This document shows, one piece after another, positions 54,359-64,000 of a stretch of DNA of 64,000 nt. Below the pieces are notes generated by a model, which made no database searches, was not told the DNA's origin, and saw only the letters and a list, made by a program, of their open reading frames with translations. Numbering within the stretch: position 1 is the stretch's first letter; each line of letters starts with the position of its first letter. Where the stretch lies: NCBI GenBank assembly GCA_017686895.1, contig GCA_017686895.1_4521.1. One strand, given 5' to 3'. The translations under genes were made by a program, and so were the position numbers. Source of the stretch: a phage.

Positions 54359-57300
54359 TTATAATAATGATTTAATTAATGCTTTCAATTCAGCAATTTC
54401 AGATTTCAATTCCTTGATTTCGTCAGTATGCTCGTTGATAGTAGCAGTATTTAAACCGATAATACCGTTATAGTTTAAACGAAGTAAGCCGGTCTCTTTA
54501 TCTTCAGAAACAAGTTCAGGTAATACTTCTTGAACTTCCTGAGCAATTAAACCTGCGGACGGTTTAACTTCGTCTGTAACAGAGTTTTTAAGCAGATAAG
54601 TATAACCGCCCAATAGTTTAGATTTCTCTTGGGCATTCTCTATAAGCTTAATTTCTGACTTACAACGAATATCAGAACGAATATAAACGTCGTTAACATC
54701 GATGTTATCACGAACATACATACCTGCATTACAGTGGAAGTTAACATCACCGAATGTCTGAGCTAAACCAGGTCTAAAACTAAACACACCTTGGCCGTTT
54801 GCATATGCGTTGAAAATACCATCGTTTTCCCAAAGCAAACCGGTATCGTTATCTCCCAGTACAATACACGGCCCGGCCCATGCAGGGTCACCGCCGCCTG
54901 CTGATACTCTGCCGCTCTTAAGTAAGCTAGGGGCATAAAAAACACCATTATGATGGAATTCATAGATGGCTTGGGGGTCAGAACCGTTTTCCTGGTTACC
55001 TACACGAATAATACCTTGTGCCCAGGTATTAGTAATGCGTTGCATACCAAAATCTACGCCGGATACGTATCCTTCGTTAGTAATACCGGATTTTCCTTTA
55101 ATAATAGGATAATAACTATCATTACCGACATTACCAAAATCTACAAATATAGGAGCTTCTTGGCGCCATTGGTTAGCCCAGTCACCGCCCTGGTGTGCGG
55201 TCCATTGTGTACCGTTTATATGGAGGCGGTCTCTATTAAAATTAAATGTTCCTTGGCCTTGAGGAGAAAGCGATATTTCACCGTTAGTTGTTATGTATAC
55301 ACCGCCTTGTGTAATGTAACTGTAAAAACCTAGACCATTGTCGGCACCGCCTTTACCAATATACCAATTATTGGCCCCGGCCGTATCAGAACGAATAAAT
55401 GATGAATCACTGGCCAAAGGAGGATTAAGAACTATTCCAGCAGCATCTTTATTAATCCAAAGAGTGCCGGTCATCGTATCACCTTCTTTGGCAACACGAG
55501 TAGCTATTGCGTCGCGAATATTAGTTACGTCGCCTGCAGAAGTAAACGTTTTCCAAATATCCGAGAAAATATTACCATTACGAGCAATAGCAGCTTCACC
55601 ACCACCGACCAGAACGTTATCTGGGAAGTTAACAGTACCGTCTTGATTAAAACGAGATGTATGTCCTTGAGTTCCGTCTTCTTTTAAATGATGAATAACA
55701 AATGTGCCTGAATTAATTTCAGTGCCTAAAGACCAAACGGCTTTACCATTTAAAAACTTCTGTTTAACAATAGGATAATATTTGCTTACAGCATCGTCAT
55801 CGATTTCCTGGAAAATAGGAGCCGCTTGAGCATATTGAATATCATAACCGCCGGCACCCGCTCCATGGCCAACAAATTTAATATAGCCGTTCGCAGTGAT
55901 CGTATTGTATTTTGATTGTAAATCTGGAATAGTAACTTTACCAGTATCTAAAGCCATACTAAACGGGCGAAGTGGACCGATATCGCCGTGTTTACCTTCA
56001 CCGTAAGCAGTTGGAATAATATGAAGACTATCTTCTGAACGTCTAAAAATAGCTCCATAATCTGCGTTCCAAATACGAAGAGCATTCACTTCTCCAGATG
56101 AAATTTCACCTGTTGTGTGAACTCCTCTATCTCCAGCAGTAACACCAGATGATTCAAATGAGCCATTAACGTTCATTTCTACTTCGCCAGTAGTAAGTCT
56201 TTGAATATAGCTCATCCAGCTAGTTGCATCAGAAATTTCCATAATGTTTTTACGGATACCTCCGCTTGGATCAACAAACGTATTACCCCAAACTTTAATA
56301 TCCATATTATCAACCGAGCTGTATCCTGTTGTGTTGCCTCTAAACATTAGTGTAGAAGAATTATTTCTACCATCTATATTAACAGAACCGCCAATAACAT
56401 CAATATTACCAGGAGTAACCAACAAACCGCCATGAGTATTAATGTTTGTGGTACCCTTACCACGGAAATAGTGATGATAGTTACCGCCTTGATAATATCC
56501 CAAAAGAGTCTGACCATCTCCAAACGCGTTATTATCGTGATATGTCACAACAGTAGCAAGAGCATAGTTTTCAGTTGGAGGAGTAGTTAAATCGGCTCCA
56601 TTAGTAGAATATCCAGCTACAAATTTTCTTAGGCTAGTTGTTTCGCTAGGATTAAATAAAAACGTTTTTGTTCCATTATTAACGCTGAAATAATATCCGT
56701 CTTGATGCCATTTAAATCCAGTATCATTATCCCCAAGAACAATAGAACCTTTACCTAAGGTTGAATATGTCATAGGCCCTGATTCCATACCTACTGCAAT
56801 CGAATGGCCTGCTTGAAAACCGCCGGAATAAGCAAAAGATAACATATAATCAGTAGGGGTTGAACCAGAATACCAACTGATGCCGTTGTTTTCACAAATT
56901 TCATGGAGCATTGCGGCCGCTGGGTCGGTACGTACAACACGTAAATTATTTTTATCTGTATTAGAATTATTATTTGCTAATGAATAGATGTCATAATCAC
57001 CTGCCTTCTTCCCGTCTGTAATGACTTTGTCAGTCAAAATCTGAGGAGTTGACATAGATTTCCATGCCGATACTTCAGGTGAAATAAATTGTCCACTGCC
57101 TGAAAATGCATAGGTGCTTTCGCTACCAGCTGCGTAGTCTTGAACTCTAATATTAATTACTTGTGTAGTTAATCCATCATTAGCAGGAGAAAAAATGATT
57201 CCACGTTCACGGTCAGCTGAATCATGAAAACGAACATGTGATGTACCTGAACTTTTTGTAATAAGTTCTCCGCCTTCAGTCATAATCTGCCCAGCGGCAA

Positions 57301-57595
57301 TAATATCGCGAGTTACTCGAGCAATACCAGTTAAATTAAAATTACCAGTCTGAGTGAAGACGCCATTTAAAGTATAATCACCAGTTTGATTATAGTTTCC
57401 TATATGAATAACATTCCCGTCAATACTACCACCCTTAGCAAAACCAAGATCAATGATATTTCCTTGGTCGTCTTTAGTAAAAAGTACGCGGTCTTTTAAG
57501 TTTATAGCCAATTCACCTTCGGCTAATACTGAAGCGGCAGGACGTGCTCCTGCAGTTTTGCTTCTTTTAAATTGTATTTGTTTTAAAGTAGCCAT
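54359..57595 (-). CDS. 37: long tail fibre distal subunit gp37 with C-terminal intramolecular chaperone domain
   Basis: 1078 aa; C-terminus [15 protein letters not shown]...[15 protein letters not shown] resembles self-cleaving S74 chaperone domain; synteny 34-35-36-37-38. Confidence 0.88.
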   Translation of the reverse strand: MATLKQIQFKRSKTAGARPAASVLAEGELAINLKDRVLFTKDDQGNIIDLGFAKGGSIDGNVIHIGNYNQTGDYTLNGVFTQTGNFNLTGIARVTRDIIAAGQIMTEGGELITKSSGTSHVRFHDSADRERGIIFSPANDGLTTQVINIRVQDYAAGSESTYAFSGSGQFISPEVSAWKSMSTPQILTDKVITDGKKAGDYDIYSLANNNSNTDKNNLRVVRTDPAAAMLHEICENNGISWYSGSTPTDYMLSFAYSGGFQAGHSIAVGMESGPMTYSTLGKGSIVLGDNDTGFKWHQDGYYFSVNNGTKTFLFNPSETTSLRKFVAGYSTNGADLTTPPTENYALATVVTYHDNNAFGDGQTLLGYYQGGNYHHYFRGKGTTNINTHGGLLVTPGNIDVIGGSVNIDGRNNSSTLMFRGNTTGYSSVDNMDIKVWGNTFVDPSGGIRKNIMEISDATSWMSYIQRLTTGEVEMNVNGSFESSGVTAGDRGVHTTGEISSGEVNALRIWNADYGAIFRRSEDSLHIIPTAYGEGKHGDIGPLRPFSMALDTGKVTIPDLQSKYNTITANGYIKFVGHGAGAGGYDIQYAQAAPIFQEIDDDAVSKYYPIVKQKFLNGKAVWSLGTEINSGTFVIHHLKEDGTQGHTSRFNQDGTVNFPDNVLVGGGEAAIARNGNIFSDIWKTFTSAGDVTNIRDAIATRVAKEGDTMTGTLWINKDAAGIVLNPPLASDSSFIRSDTAGANNWYIGKGGADNGLGFYSYITQGGVYITTNGEISLSPQGQGTFNFNRDRLHINGTQWTAHQGGDWANQWRQEAPIFVDFGNVGNDSYYPIIKGKSGITNEGYVSGVDFGMQRITNTWAQGIIRVGNQENGSDPQAIYEFHHNGVFYAPSLLKSGRVSAGGGDPAWAGPCIVLGDNDTGLLWENDGIFNAYANGQGVFSFRPGLAQTFGDVNFHCNAGMYVRDNIDVNDVYIRSDIRCKSEIKLIENAQEKSKLLGGYTYLLKNSVTDEVKPSAGLIAQEVQEVLPELVSEDKETGLLRLNYNGIIGLNTATINEHTDEIKELKSEIAELKALIKSLL

Positions 57596-57603
57596 AAGTC
57601 CTC

Positions 57604-58260
57604 TTAATAATAGCCGAAATCTTGAACAGAATCCTTAATAACAATTTGATCAAATCGTGGAACATGTGAGGGTTGAGATGCAGGATTCTGTGAGAAAAAG
57701 TTTGGGGCGGTTAGCGCGCCGGTCATCGTATCTCCTGAACGGAGTACACGACTGTTTGCATTAGCATTAACTGTATTTATTTGACTATCAACATAATCTT
57801 TGCGAGTAAGGTCGTAATTATTTAAAGGTGCTAACGTTGTGGCTCTGAATTGAGATGCTTCAATAACGCCTTTAGAACTTATATTACCGGTGCGAGTATC
57901 AATTACAGCAGTTCTTTCACCTGTACCTTGAGATGATTTAAACCCAATACCATACCACGAAACAATATCCATGTTTGTTTGGTCGAATGTCGCAGCGTCA
58001 CCACCACCAGAAAAAATACCATTCGTTTGGTCATCTGCTGTTTTGACTGCAATACCTTCGTTAAAGATTACCTTTTTGAGATATGTCCCACCATTTGCTT
58101 TAGATACGAAATCGTTATCAGCCGCTTTTGGCTTGTTATATTCGGTGTATAATTTAAATGTTTTATATAGGATGTCATCGCCAGCTGGCATTAAAGGAAA
58201 ATTGCCTTGATGCCATATGACGGAACCACCAACTGTACTTCCGGCTTTTAAATCGGCCAT
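57604..58260 (-). CDS. 36: long tail fibre distal connector gp36
   Basis: MADLKAGSTVGGSVIWHQGNFPL and C-terminal PRFDQIVIKDSVQDFGYY match T4 gp36 as recalled. Confidence 0.85.
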   Translation of the reverse strand: MADLKAGSTVGGSVIWHQGNFPLMPAGDDILYKTFKLYTEYNKPKAADNDFVSKANGGTYLKKVIFNEGIAVKTADDQTNGIFSGGGDAATFDQTNMDIVSWYGIGFKSSQGTGERTAVIDTRTGNISSKGVIEASQFRATTLAPLNNYDLTRKDYVDSQINTVNANANSRVLRSGDTMTGALTAPNFFSQNPASQPSHVPRFDQIVIKDSVQDFGYY

Positions 58261-58286
58261 TTCGTGTCTCCTTATTAATATTAAAG

Positions 58287-58294
58287 TATTTATA
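58287..58294 (-). promoter_or_regulatory. late promoter TATAAATA upstream of gene 36
   Basis: TATAAATA on - strand between hairpin after gene 35 and gene 36 SD. Confidence 0.5.
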
Positions 58295-58302
58295 CGCGAA
58301 AA

Positions 58303-58318
58303 GGAGACCGAAGTCTCC
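58303..58318 (-). terminator. hairpin (UUCG loop on - strand) between genes 35 and 36
   Basis: ggagac-ttcg-gtctcc on - strand, then late promoter. Confidence 0.4.
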
Positions 58319-58319
58319 T

Positions 58320-59444
58320 TTATTCTGTGTACTCTTTAAATTCCTGCCCAAATACCTTACCTGTGTCGTTAGATAACTGAGTAGGCAAGTCCATTATATC
58401 ATTACCGGTTAATGATTCATCGATGTAATTAGCACGAATACCATTTAGGCCAAACTCGGCAGGTTTTGCTATACTTCCGTTACATGATACTTCAGTGAAA
58501 ATAACATTTCTTAGTCCACCTTGACCGACTGGGACCGTACGGTAACAATATACTGTAAAGCCATCGGCTTCAGCTGGTATTTCAACGTATTCTTCATATA
58601 GCTTCCACACTCCAGCAGTTCCGTCAAAGTTTATATCTTTAGATGATATAGGAGAGCTAGATGGAGACTTAAAGAAACGAATTGAAAGTCTTGTGGTTCC
58701 TTCCTCTAATAATTCTTCATCAGCCATTAATTGAAATTTCAAATAAAGAAAATCTGTAGGCTTTAATCCATAGTTTGCGATAGGAGTAACAAGGGATGAT
58801 GTAGGCATCCTTTTTATTTCATTGTTAGTTCCTCCAACAGGAGATAAAAACGTTTCTAGAGCTTCATATGTACGTCTAGGATAGCCGGTAGCACCTATAT
58901 CAGCAATAGAGTCATATACAATATCTAATGGAGTTGAGTAATCAGAAATTGTTTTCTTATTACTGTATTTTATGTGTTCTAATGCAATAGTATTTTTACC
59001 TGAAACATAAAACGCCGAATATGAAATATCAACAAGACTAGCAACTTCAATTGACGGTATAACTGAACTCCCAGCAGCTTTAAACCATTCAATTATTTCT
59101 GGCGGCAAATTAAATTTGTTATTAGAAATAAATGCGAAAATGAAATTATCTGCGTATGTATTAACAAACGAAATAAATGCAGCTGAAGTTGCATTATTTG
59201 TAGGCGCAAAATTGTATAATTTACTATCAACTATAGTTCCATTTTCCGGATTTATTACCCTAACATTTAGTCCAATACCAAAAGACTGCAACCCTAAAGG
59301 CTCATTTTGGAACAAAATATACGGATTAGTTGTTGAAAGCGGGCATGAACCCGCTATACTTAGTTTAAATCTAACTGAATTGCTTTCCGATAAAAACGGC
59401 GTTTGGACGTATCCCTGTCCAAACCTTGCCATAAATTTTTCCAT
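58320..59444 (-). CDS. 35: long tail fibre hinge protein gp35
   Basis: 374 aa between 34 and 36; size and position as T4 gp35. Confidence 0.8.
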   Translation of the reverse strand: MEKFMARFGQGYVQTPFLSESNSVRFKLSIAGSCPLSTTNPYILFQNEPLGLQSFGIGLNVRVINPENGTIVDSKLYNFAPTNNATSAAFISFVNTYADNFIFAFISNNKFNLPPEIIEWFKAAGSSVIPSIEVASLVDISYSAFYVSGKNTIALEHIKYSNKKTISDYSTPLDIVYDSIADIGATGYPRRTYEALETFLSPVGGTNNEIKRMPTSSLVTPIANYGLKPTDFLYLKFQLMADEELLEEGTTRLSIRFFKSPSSSPISSKDINFDGTAGVWKLYEEYVEIPAEADGFTVYCYRTVPVGQGGLRNVIFTEVSCNGSIAKPAEFGLNGIRANYIDESLTGNDIMDLPTQLSNDTGKVFGQEFKEYTE

Positions 59445-59452
59445 ATAACCTC

Positions 59453-62400
59453 TTATTCAACCCATATAAATTTAACTGTTTTGTTAACCGGGTCTGGAAC
59501 AATTCTCACATTTCCTAATTGTAAGAAGTCTCGAACAGTAAGGTTTCCAATAACAGCATTATCAGATGGGATAGCACCGACATCGCTAGGTGAAGGTGGG
59601 TTGCCACTATCAAATACCATTGCAAATGAAGTCCAAGCATCTTTATTTTTCTGCCAGGTACGAGTATATCGAATACTACCACCATTTGCACCTGTAGGAT
59701 AACAAATCCAATCCTGATAAAGCGAATCTAAGCTATTGCCGAATTGAGTCAAAGTACCAGGATATTTAATTTCTTGGTCACGGTTACCTTTGTTATCACG
59801 CGTCCAGTATCCAGGGAATTGGCTATATACGGCAGAATCGTTAATGTCAATAGACCAAAAACCTACAGTAGAAGCTGTTGGTTTATCGGTATAAACCGTG
59901 GCAGTTTTAACGCCGTTAGAAATAATCCTGTTATTTACAGTTAACCCACCGGTAGTTATTGTTGCACCACTTGTGATTTGAACACCGTTGTCAAGACGAA
60001 CTAGGCCTGTGGCATTGTTAATCGTGATCGGGCGTAAGTTATTAAACGTCCCGGTCTGGTCACCTGAGTTAGTTAATGCAATATAAGAACTGTCACCAGC
60101 ATTATAAAGCATAACACCATAGTTACCGTTAATAGCTCTGAATGCAATAGGAGAACTAGAAACAATTTCGCCTGTAGCACTAATAGGCCCGGTAAATGTA
60201 GAAACACCTGTAACATTTAATCCATTTGTAGAAACAATACCTGTTGAATAAAGTGTTCCATTAATATTAAATGATACTTTATTATCAGAAGCGCGCTGAG
60301 AATAGAAATGGTATCCGGTTTCGTCACCCGCTTCAAATACTGTATCACGGGCACCATCTGTAGCGCTATTACCCCATGCTCTAACAACGAAATTCTCTTT
60401 ATTACTAAGAGATTGGGTTCCTTTAGTGAAAACTATTTCGGAACCGCTAGAGTCATTAAGAGTTAATCTACGAGTAACAGATGCTTCGGAACCAAAAGAA
60501 GCAGTGCTTGTAGATACTAAAGGAGCACTCAGGTTGGTCTGTTTAGTAAGACTTAAAGAACCATTAACCGTCTGGTCGATGTCTCTACGGATGAACTGAA
60601 GAGAATCTAGACCATCTAACAGATTACTATCTACGGCTTTAGCTTTCAATGGTAAGTAGTTAGCAAGTACACGGTTTAATTCATATGGAGAAATAGCATA
60701 ACTATTTTTCTCATAAAGATTCAGGTCCTGGGTACTACCTTGAGTATCGTCACCAACGAATGTAATAGAACCGGATGAAGTTTTAACGAATCCGCGAATT
60801 GCTGTAGTAGCAGCCCATGTTGGTTCATCCTGGACAATCCATTTTAAATTCTTAGGCGATACAGCAGTATTAGCAGAAGTTCCTGTTACAGTTTCAGCCT
60901 GAGTAGCAACCTTAATTACACCTTCAGATGTTTCAGTGGACTTAGTCCCTAAAAGCTTTTTAGGAGTAATAAGAACATCATCTAAAGTTCCTGCATTAGA
61001 TTCTGCCTGGGTCGCTACACGAAGTGTACCACGTTGTGTTTCATTTGCTTTAGAAATATCAAGAGTATAATGGTTCCACAAGGTTCCTTCTTCAATAAGT
61101 CCGGAATCAGAATTAACACTGGTACGGTCAGAAGAATCAAAATGAGTTTTAATTTTCAGTGGAGACGAGATACGAGTATCGTCAGTTCCAGTATCAAATT
61201 CAACTTGCGTAGCAATTTCGGCTATGCCGGATAATCCTTCCGTAGCTTTCCTATCATTTAACGTCTTAGGCGTTACTGCTCTAGTATAATCAGTTCCAGT
61301 GTTAGTTTCTGCTTGCGTAGCAATTTCAATTAAACCAATACGTCCATCAGTAGAAGTTTTCTTATGCAGAGTTTCAGGAGTCACTACAGCATTAGCCCAA
61401 CCGGTTTGTGATTCACCAGCGATAACTTCACTTTCAATAGCAAGAATTACTGCGCCCTGTTGAGTAGGGGTAGCTTTATACTGGTCAAGAGCCTTTGGAG
61501 AAATAGTTAAATTATCTACGGCTTTGTTATAAACGTTAGTCCCAGCATTACCACGAACAGTAGCCGCTGTAGTACCAGTCGTAGATGTGTATTTTACAAT
61601 ACCAGATAAAACTTCAGAACCTTGACGGGCATCCAATTTCTTAGGAGTAATAATAGTGGTATCATCTATGCCAGCATTAGTTTCATCCTGAGTTGCAACT
61701 TCAGCAACACCTCTACGGGTTTCAGTTGCTGTACGTTCGTTCAATTTCTTAGGAGAAATAATCAAGTCGTCTTGGAATGCAAAATCGGTATTCTGGTTAA
61801 CTTGTGCAGTTGTTGCAATTCGAGCAATACCACGACGAGTTTCAGTTGCTGTACGATTTGCTAATGTTTCCGGAGTAATAGCCAGTTCTTTACCAGGAGC
61901 ATTTTCTAAATCAACATTTGCTTGCGCTTGAGAAGCAAGAGCAATAACACCTAAACGAGCTCGAGTGGTATTGCTCGATGCATCGACTCGTTCGACGGTT
62001 ACGGTGTTTTGTTGAACTACCCAATATTTTGTTTCAGATGAATAATCTTCTATATAAGCTAACTCAAGTACAGGTACATACGAAGTATCACCATTAAATT
62101 CCAGCTCACTAACAGAAACCCATTGTGCATCAGGTGGATACTCTGAACGTTTTGGGAACTGTAATAAAGAAATACTGCTAGCAATTGTATCGCCTTCAGC
62201 AGCTTTAATTTTTACAGTTTGCCCTTTACGCATATAATTCAACGATATTTTAACAGTATCACCAGACAAAATATCTGTAGGCAAAGTAAGATTTACCGTC
62301 GAGATTGTATCATTATTAGTTCCAAAAACAAGAACTTCTTCATTAGGGCGTAAATCAGTATCATTACGAACTATACGTAAACGAGATTTCTGGTCACCTT

Positions 62401-63286
62401 CCCAAACACGCCATAAGCTATTAGCAGAATCATAAACAAAGAATGCTTCTGCAGTATTACGTCCTTCTGCTACATGAACACCGGCTTCTCGTATAGAAGT
62501 TGTATCATCGTAAGTTTTGACAATTGTGTGATATAACGGGTTTAATTTGTCTAAATCAACTAAATTAATAATATCGCCATTATTAGCATTGCGAGGCAAT
62601 GTAATATTAATAGGAGCGGCTGATGTAAAACGTCGAATGATAAAATCGTTAGGTTGCGCCTGATATGGCTTAGCAGGAGTTACTGTGACTGCATTACGTT
62701 CGTAATCAGAAACATACATTTGCCATAGGCGGTTGCTAAAAATGAAGACCATTTTAGATTTTGGGTGCGTCATTAAAACTGAACGAACCTGTTGTCCTCT
62801 AAAGTTTACAATACTTTGAGCCTCTGCAGTAATTTGAACTTTTACATAGCCTACTCTACCGCCAATATCAGACAAAATAACTGTATCGCCATTTAAAGGA
62901 TTTTTAGGCAAAGTGAAATTAATATCAGTGCCAGCTGAAGTATCAACCGCAATAGAGTTACCTACTGATAATTGGAAATCTCCGCCTTGAACTGTAATCC
63001 ATTCTGCATCTGTACGAGTTGCCTTCCATTTAGCCAAAGAGAAAGGGCCCGCCGGAGCTGGAATATCACTTAAAGCTTGATAAAAACGATTATCATAAAG
63101 AACAATAAAATCTTTTGTATACGCGCGCGTATCGTCATAATTCTGTACGGTGTTTTCTTGCACCAAAAAGTCAACGTTCACGCCATCGGTGCCAACTGTG
63201 CGGTCAGCAAGCGCAACGTTAACTATCTTATCACCGCCTGCGTCAAGACCATCTTCGGCCCTGAACTTACGTTTGATGTCAACCAT
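59453..63286 (-). CDS. 34: long tail fibre proximal subunit gp34
   Basis: 1277 aa; internal repeats of ATQAETN(T/A)GTD...TPK(K/T)L type; late promoter upstream. Confidence 0.92.
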   Translation of the reverse strand: MVDIKRKFRAEDGLDAGGDKIVNVALADRTVGTDGVNVDFLVQENTVQNYDDTRAYTKDFIVLYDNRFYQALSDIPAPAGPFSLAKWKATRTDAEWITVQGGDFQLSVGNSIAVDTSAGTDINFTLPKNPLNGDTVILSDIGGRVGYVKVQITAEAQSIVNFRGQQVRSVLMTHPKSKMVFIFSNRLWQMYVSDYERNAVTVTPAKPYQAQPNDFIIRRFTSAAPINITLPRNANNGDIINLVDLDKLNPLYHTIVKTYDDTTSIREAGVHVAEGRNTAEAFFVYDSANSLWRVWEGDQKSRLRIVRNDTDLRPNEEVLVFGTNNDTISTVNLTLPTDILSGDTVKISLNYMRKGQTVKIKAAEGDTIASSISLLQFPKRSEYPPDAQWVSVSELEFNGDTSYVPVLELAYIEDYSSETKYWVVQQNTVTVERVDASSNTTRARLGVIALASQAQANVDLENAPGKELAITPETLANRTATETRRGIARIATTAQVNQNTDFAFQDDLIISPKKLNERTATETRRGVAEVATQDETNAGIDDTTIITPKKLDARQGSEVLSGIVKYTSTTGTTAATVRGNAGTNVYNKAVDNLTISPKALDQYKATPTQQGAVILAIESEVIAGESQTGWANAVVTPETLHKKTSTDGRIGLIEIATQAETNTGTDYTRAVTPKTLNDRKATEGLSGIAEIATQVEFDTGTDDTRISSPLKIKTHFDSSDRTSVNSDSGLIEEGTLWNHYTLDISKANETQRGTLRVATQAESNAGTLDDVLITPKKLLGTKSTETSEGVIKVATQAETVTGTSANTAVSPKNLKWIVQDEPTWAATTAIRGFVKTSSGSITFVGDDTQGSTQDLNLYEKNSYAISPYELNRVLANYLPLKAKAVDSNLLDGLDSLQFIRRDIDQTVNGSLSLTKQTNLSAPLVSTSTASFGSEASVTRRLTLNDSSGSEIVFTKGTQSLSNKENFVVRAWGNSATDGARDTVFEAGDETGYHFYSQRASDNKVSFNINGTLYSTGIVSTNGLNVTGVSTFTGPISATGEIVSSSPIAFRAINGNYGVMLYNAGDSSYIALTNSGDQTGTFNNLRPITINNATGLVRLDNGVQITSGATITTGGLTVNNRIISNGVKTATVYTDKPTASTVGFWSIDINDSAVYSQFPGYWTRDNKGNRDQEIKYPGTLTQFGNSLDSLYQDWICYPTGANGGSIRYTRTWQKNKDAWTSFAMVFDSGNPPSPSDVGAIPSDNAVIGNLTVRDFLQLGNVRIVPDPVNKTVKFIWVE

Positions 63287-63320
63287 GGTAGTCCTCTTAT
63301 CATTATGTGTTCTATTTTAC

Positions 63321-63328
63321 TATTTATA
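63321..63328 (-). promoter_or_regulatory. late promoter TATAAATA upstream of gene 34
   Basis: TATAAATA on - strand about 35 nt upstream of gene 34 start; AAGAGGA SD. Confidence 0.55.
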
Positions 63329-63342
63329 AATGAGTAAAAGAC

Positions 63343-63373
63343 TATTTACGCTTTCGAACTAGTATGTTACTAT
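63343..63373 (+). promoter_or_regulatory. early-promoter-like element upstream of rnh
   Basis: TTTACG -35-like, TACTAT -10. Confidence 0.35.
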
Positions 63374-63406
63374 AGTCCAAGTTGACTAACTGAACAAGAG
63401 GTTCAT

Positions 63407-64000
63407 ATGGATTTAGAAATGATGTTGAATGAAGATTACAAAGAAGGTATTGCACTTGCCGACTTTAGTAACATTGCATTGGCAGCTGCATTAAACAACT
63501 TTGAAGACGGTGATAAAATTACTGTTCCGATGGTTCGCCATGTAGTCTTGAATTCAATTCGTAAAAACGTAGTGATGTTCCGTAAGCAAGGTTATACAAA
63601 ATTTGTATTGTGCATGGATAACGCTACTTCTGGATATTGGCGTCGTGACTTTGCTTACTATTATAAGAAAAATCGTAAAACCGATCGTGAAGCTTCAAAG
63701 TGGGATTGGGAAGGATATTTTACTGCACTTCATCAAGTTGTTGATGAGATTAAGAAATATATGCCATACGTTGTAATGGATATTGACAAATACGAAGCGG
63801 ATGACCATATCGGTGTATTAACTAAATATTTGTCATTAGCTGGTCATAAGGTGTGTATTGTTGCATCAGATGGTGACTTTACACAATTACACAAGTACCC
63901 TAACGTTAAACAGTGGTCGCCACCGCAGAAAAAATGGGTTAAAATTAAGAATGGTTCTGCTGAAATTGATTGCATGACTAAAATTCTTAAAGGCGACCGT
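63407..64000 (+). CDS. rnh: RNase H (Rnh), 3' end outside window
   Basis: MDLEMMLNEDYKEGIALADFS...GYWRRDFAYYYKKNR...YEADDHIGVL matches T4 RNase H as recalled; no stop in window so absent from track. Confidence 0.88.
   Translation, partial: MDLEMMLNEDYKEGIALADFSNIALAAALNNFEDGDKITVPMVRHVVLNSIRKNVVMFRKQGYTKFVLCMDNATSGYWRRDFAYYYKKNRKTDREASKWDWEGYFTALHQVVDEIKKYMPYVVMDIDKYEADDHIGVLTKYLSLAGHKVCIVASDGDFTQLHKYPNVKQWSPPQKKWVKIKNGSAEIDCMTKILKGDR

Noticed and set aside
54763-59702. Multiple short + strand ORFs antisense to the tail fibre genes 34-37
   Set aside because: All embedded in long - strand genes with strong T4 homology; no start signals.
1-64000. CRISPR arrays, tRNA/rRNA genes, integrase or prophage att sites
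   Set aside because: No regularly spaced direct repeats, no convincing cloverleaf candidates in intergenic gaps, and no recombinase-like ORF; the content is that of a lytic T-even phage.

Overview
This window is a segment of a T4-like (T-even, Tevenvirinae) myovirus genome, most consistent with an RB69/Mosigvirus-type phage rather than T4 itself. Calls rest on gene order and on protein similarity to T4 proteins recalled from memory; nothing was searched or computed. Gene order on the + strand: gene 55, 47, 46, 45, 44, 62, regA, 43 (DNA polymerase), then a non-T4 island of sugar-phosphate and nucleotide enzymes, a gene-42-like hydroxymethylase, uvsX, 40, 41, a block of small early genes (imm-, sp-, dmd-like), 61, 56 (dCTPase), soc, modB/modA-like, dda, dexA, an unsplit gene 39, a glycosyltransferase, rIIA, rIIB, ndd, 52, motA and asiA. 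On the - strand: holin t, 38, 37, 36, 35, 34. The window ends in a partial rnh on the + strand. The alpha- and beta-glucosyltransferase genes are absent from their T4 positions. The most interesting feature is the 14.4-20.9 kb island, which I read as a candidate pathway making a pentose nucleotide-sugar donor for hydroxymethylcytosine glycosylation, with an unexplained U32-family Fe-S protein inside it. Other notable features are a homing-endonuclease-like insertion upstream of gene 45, repeated promoter/stem-loop cassettes, a tandem paralog triplet, and a T2-type gp38 adhesin. No rRNA, tRNA, CRISPR array or integrase was seen. Coordinates of CDS come from the ORF track, with starts adjusted where a later ATG with a ribosome-binding site fits better; promoter and hairpin coordinates were counted by hand and may be off by 1-2 nt.
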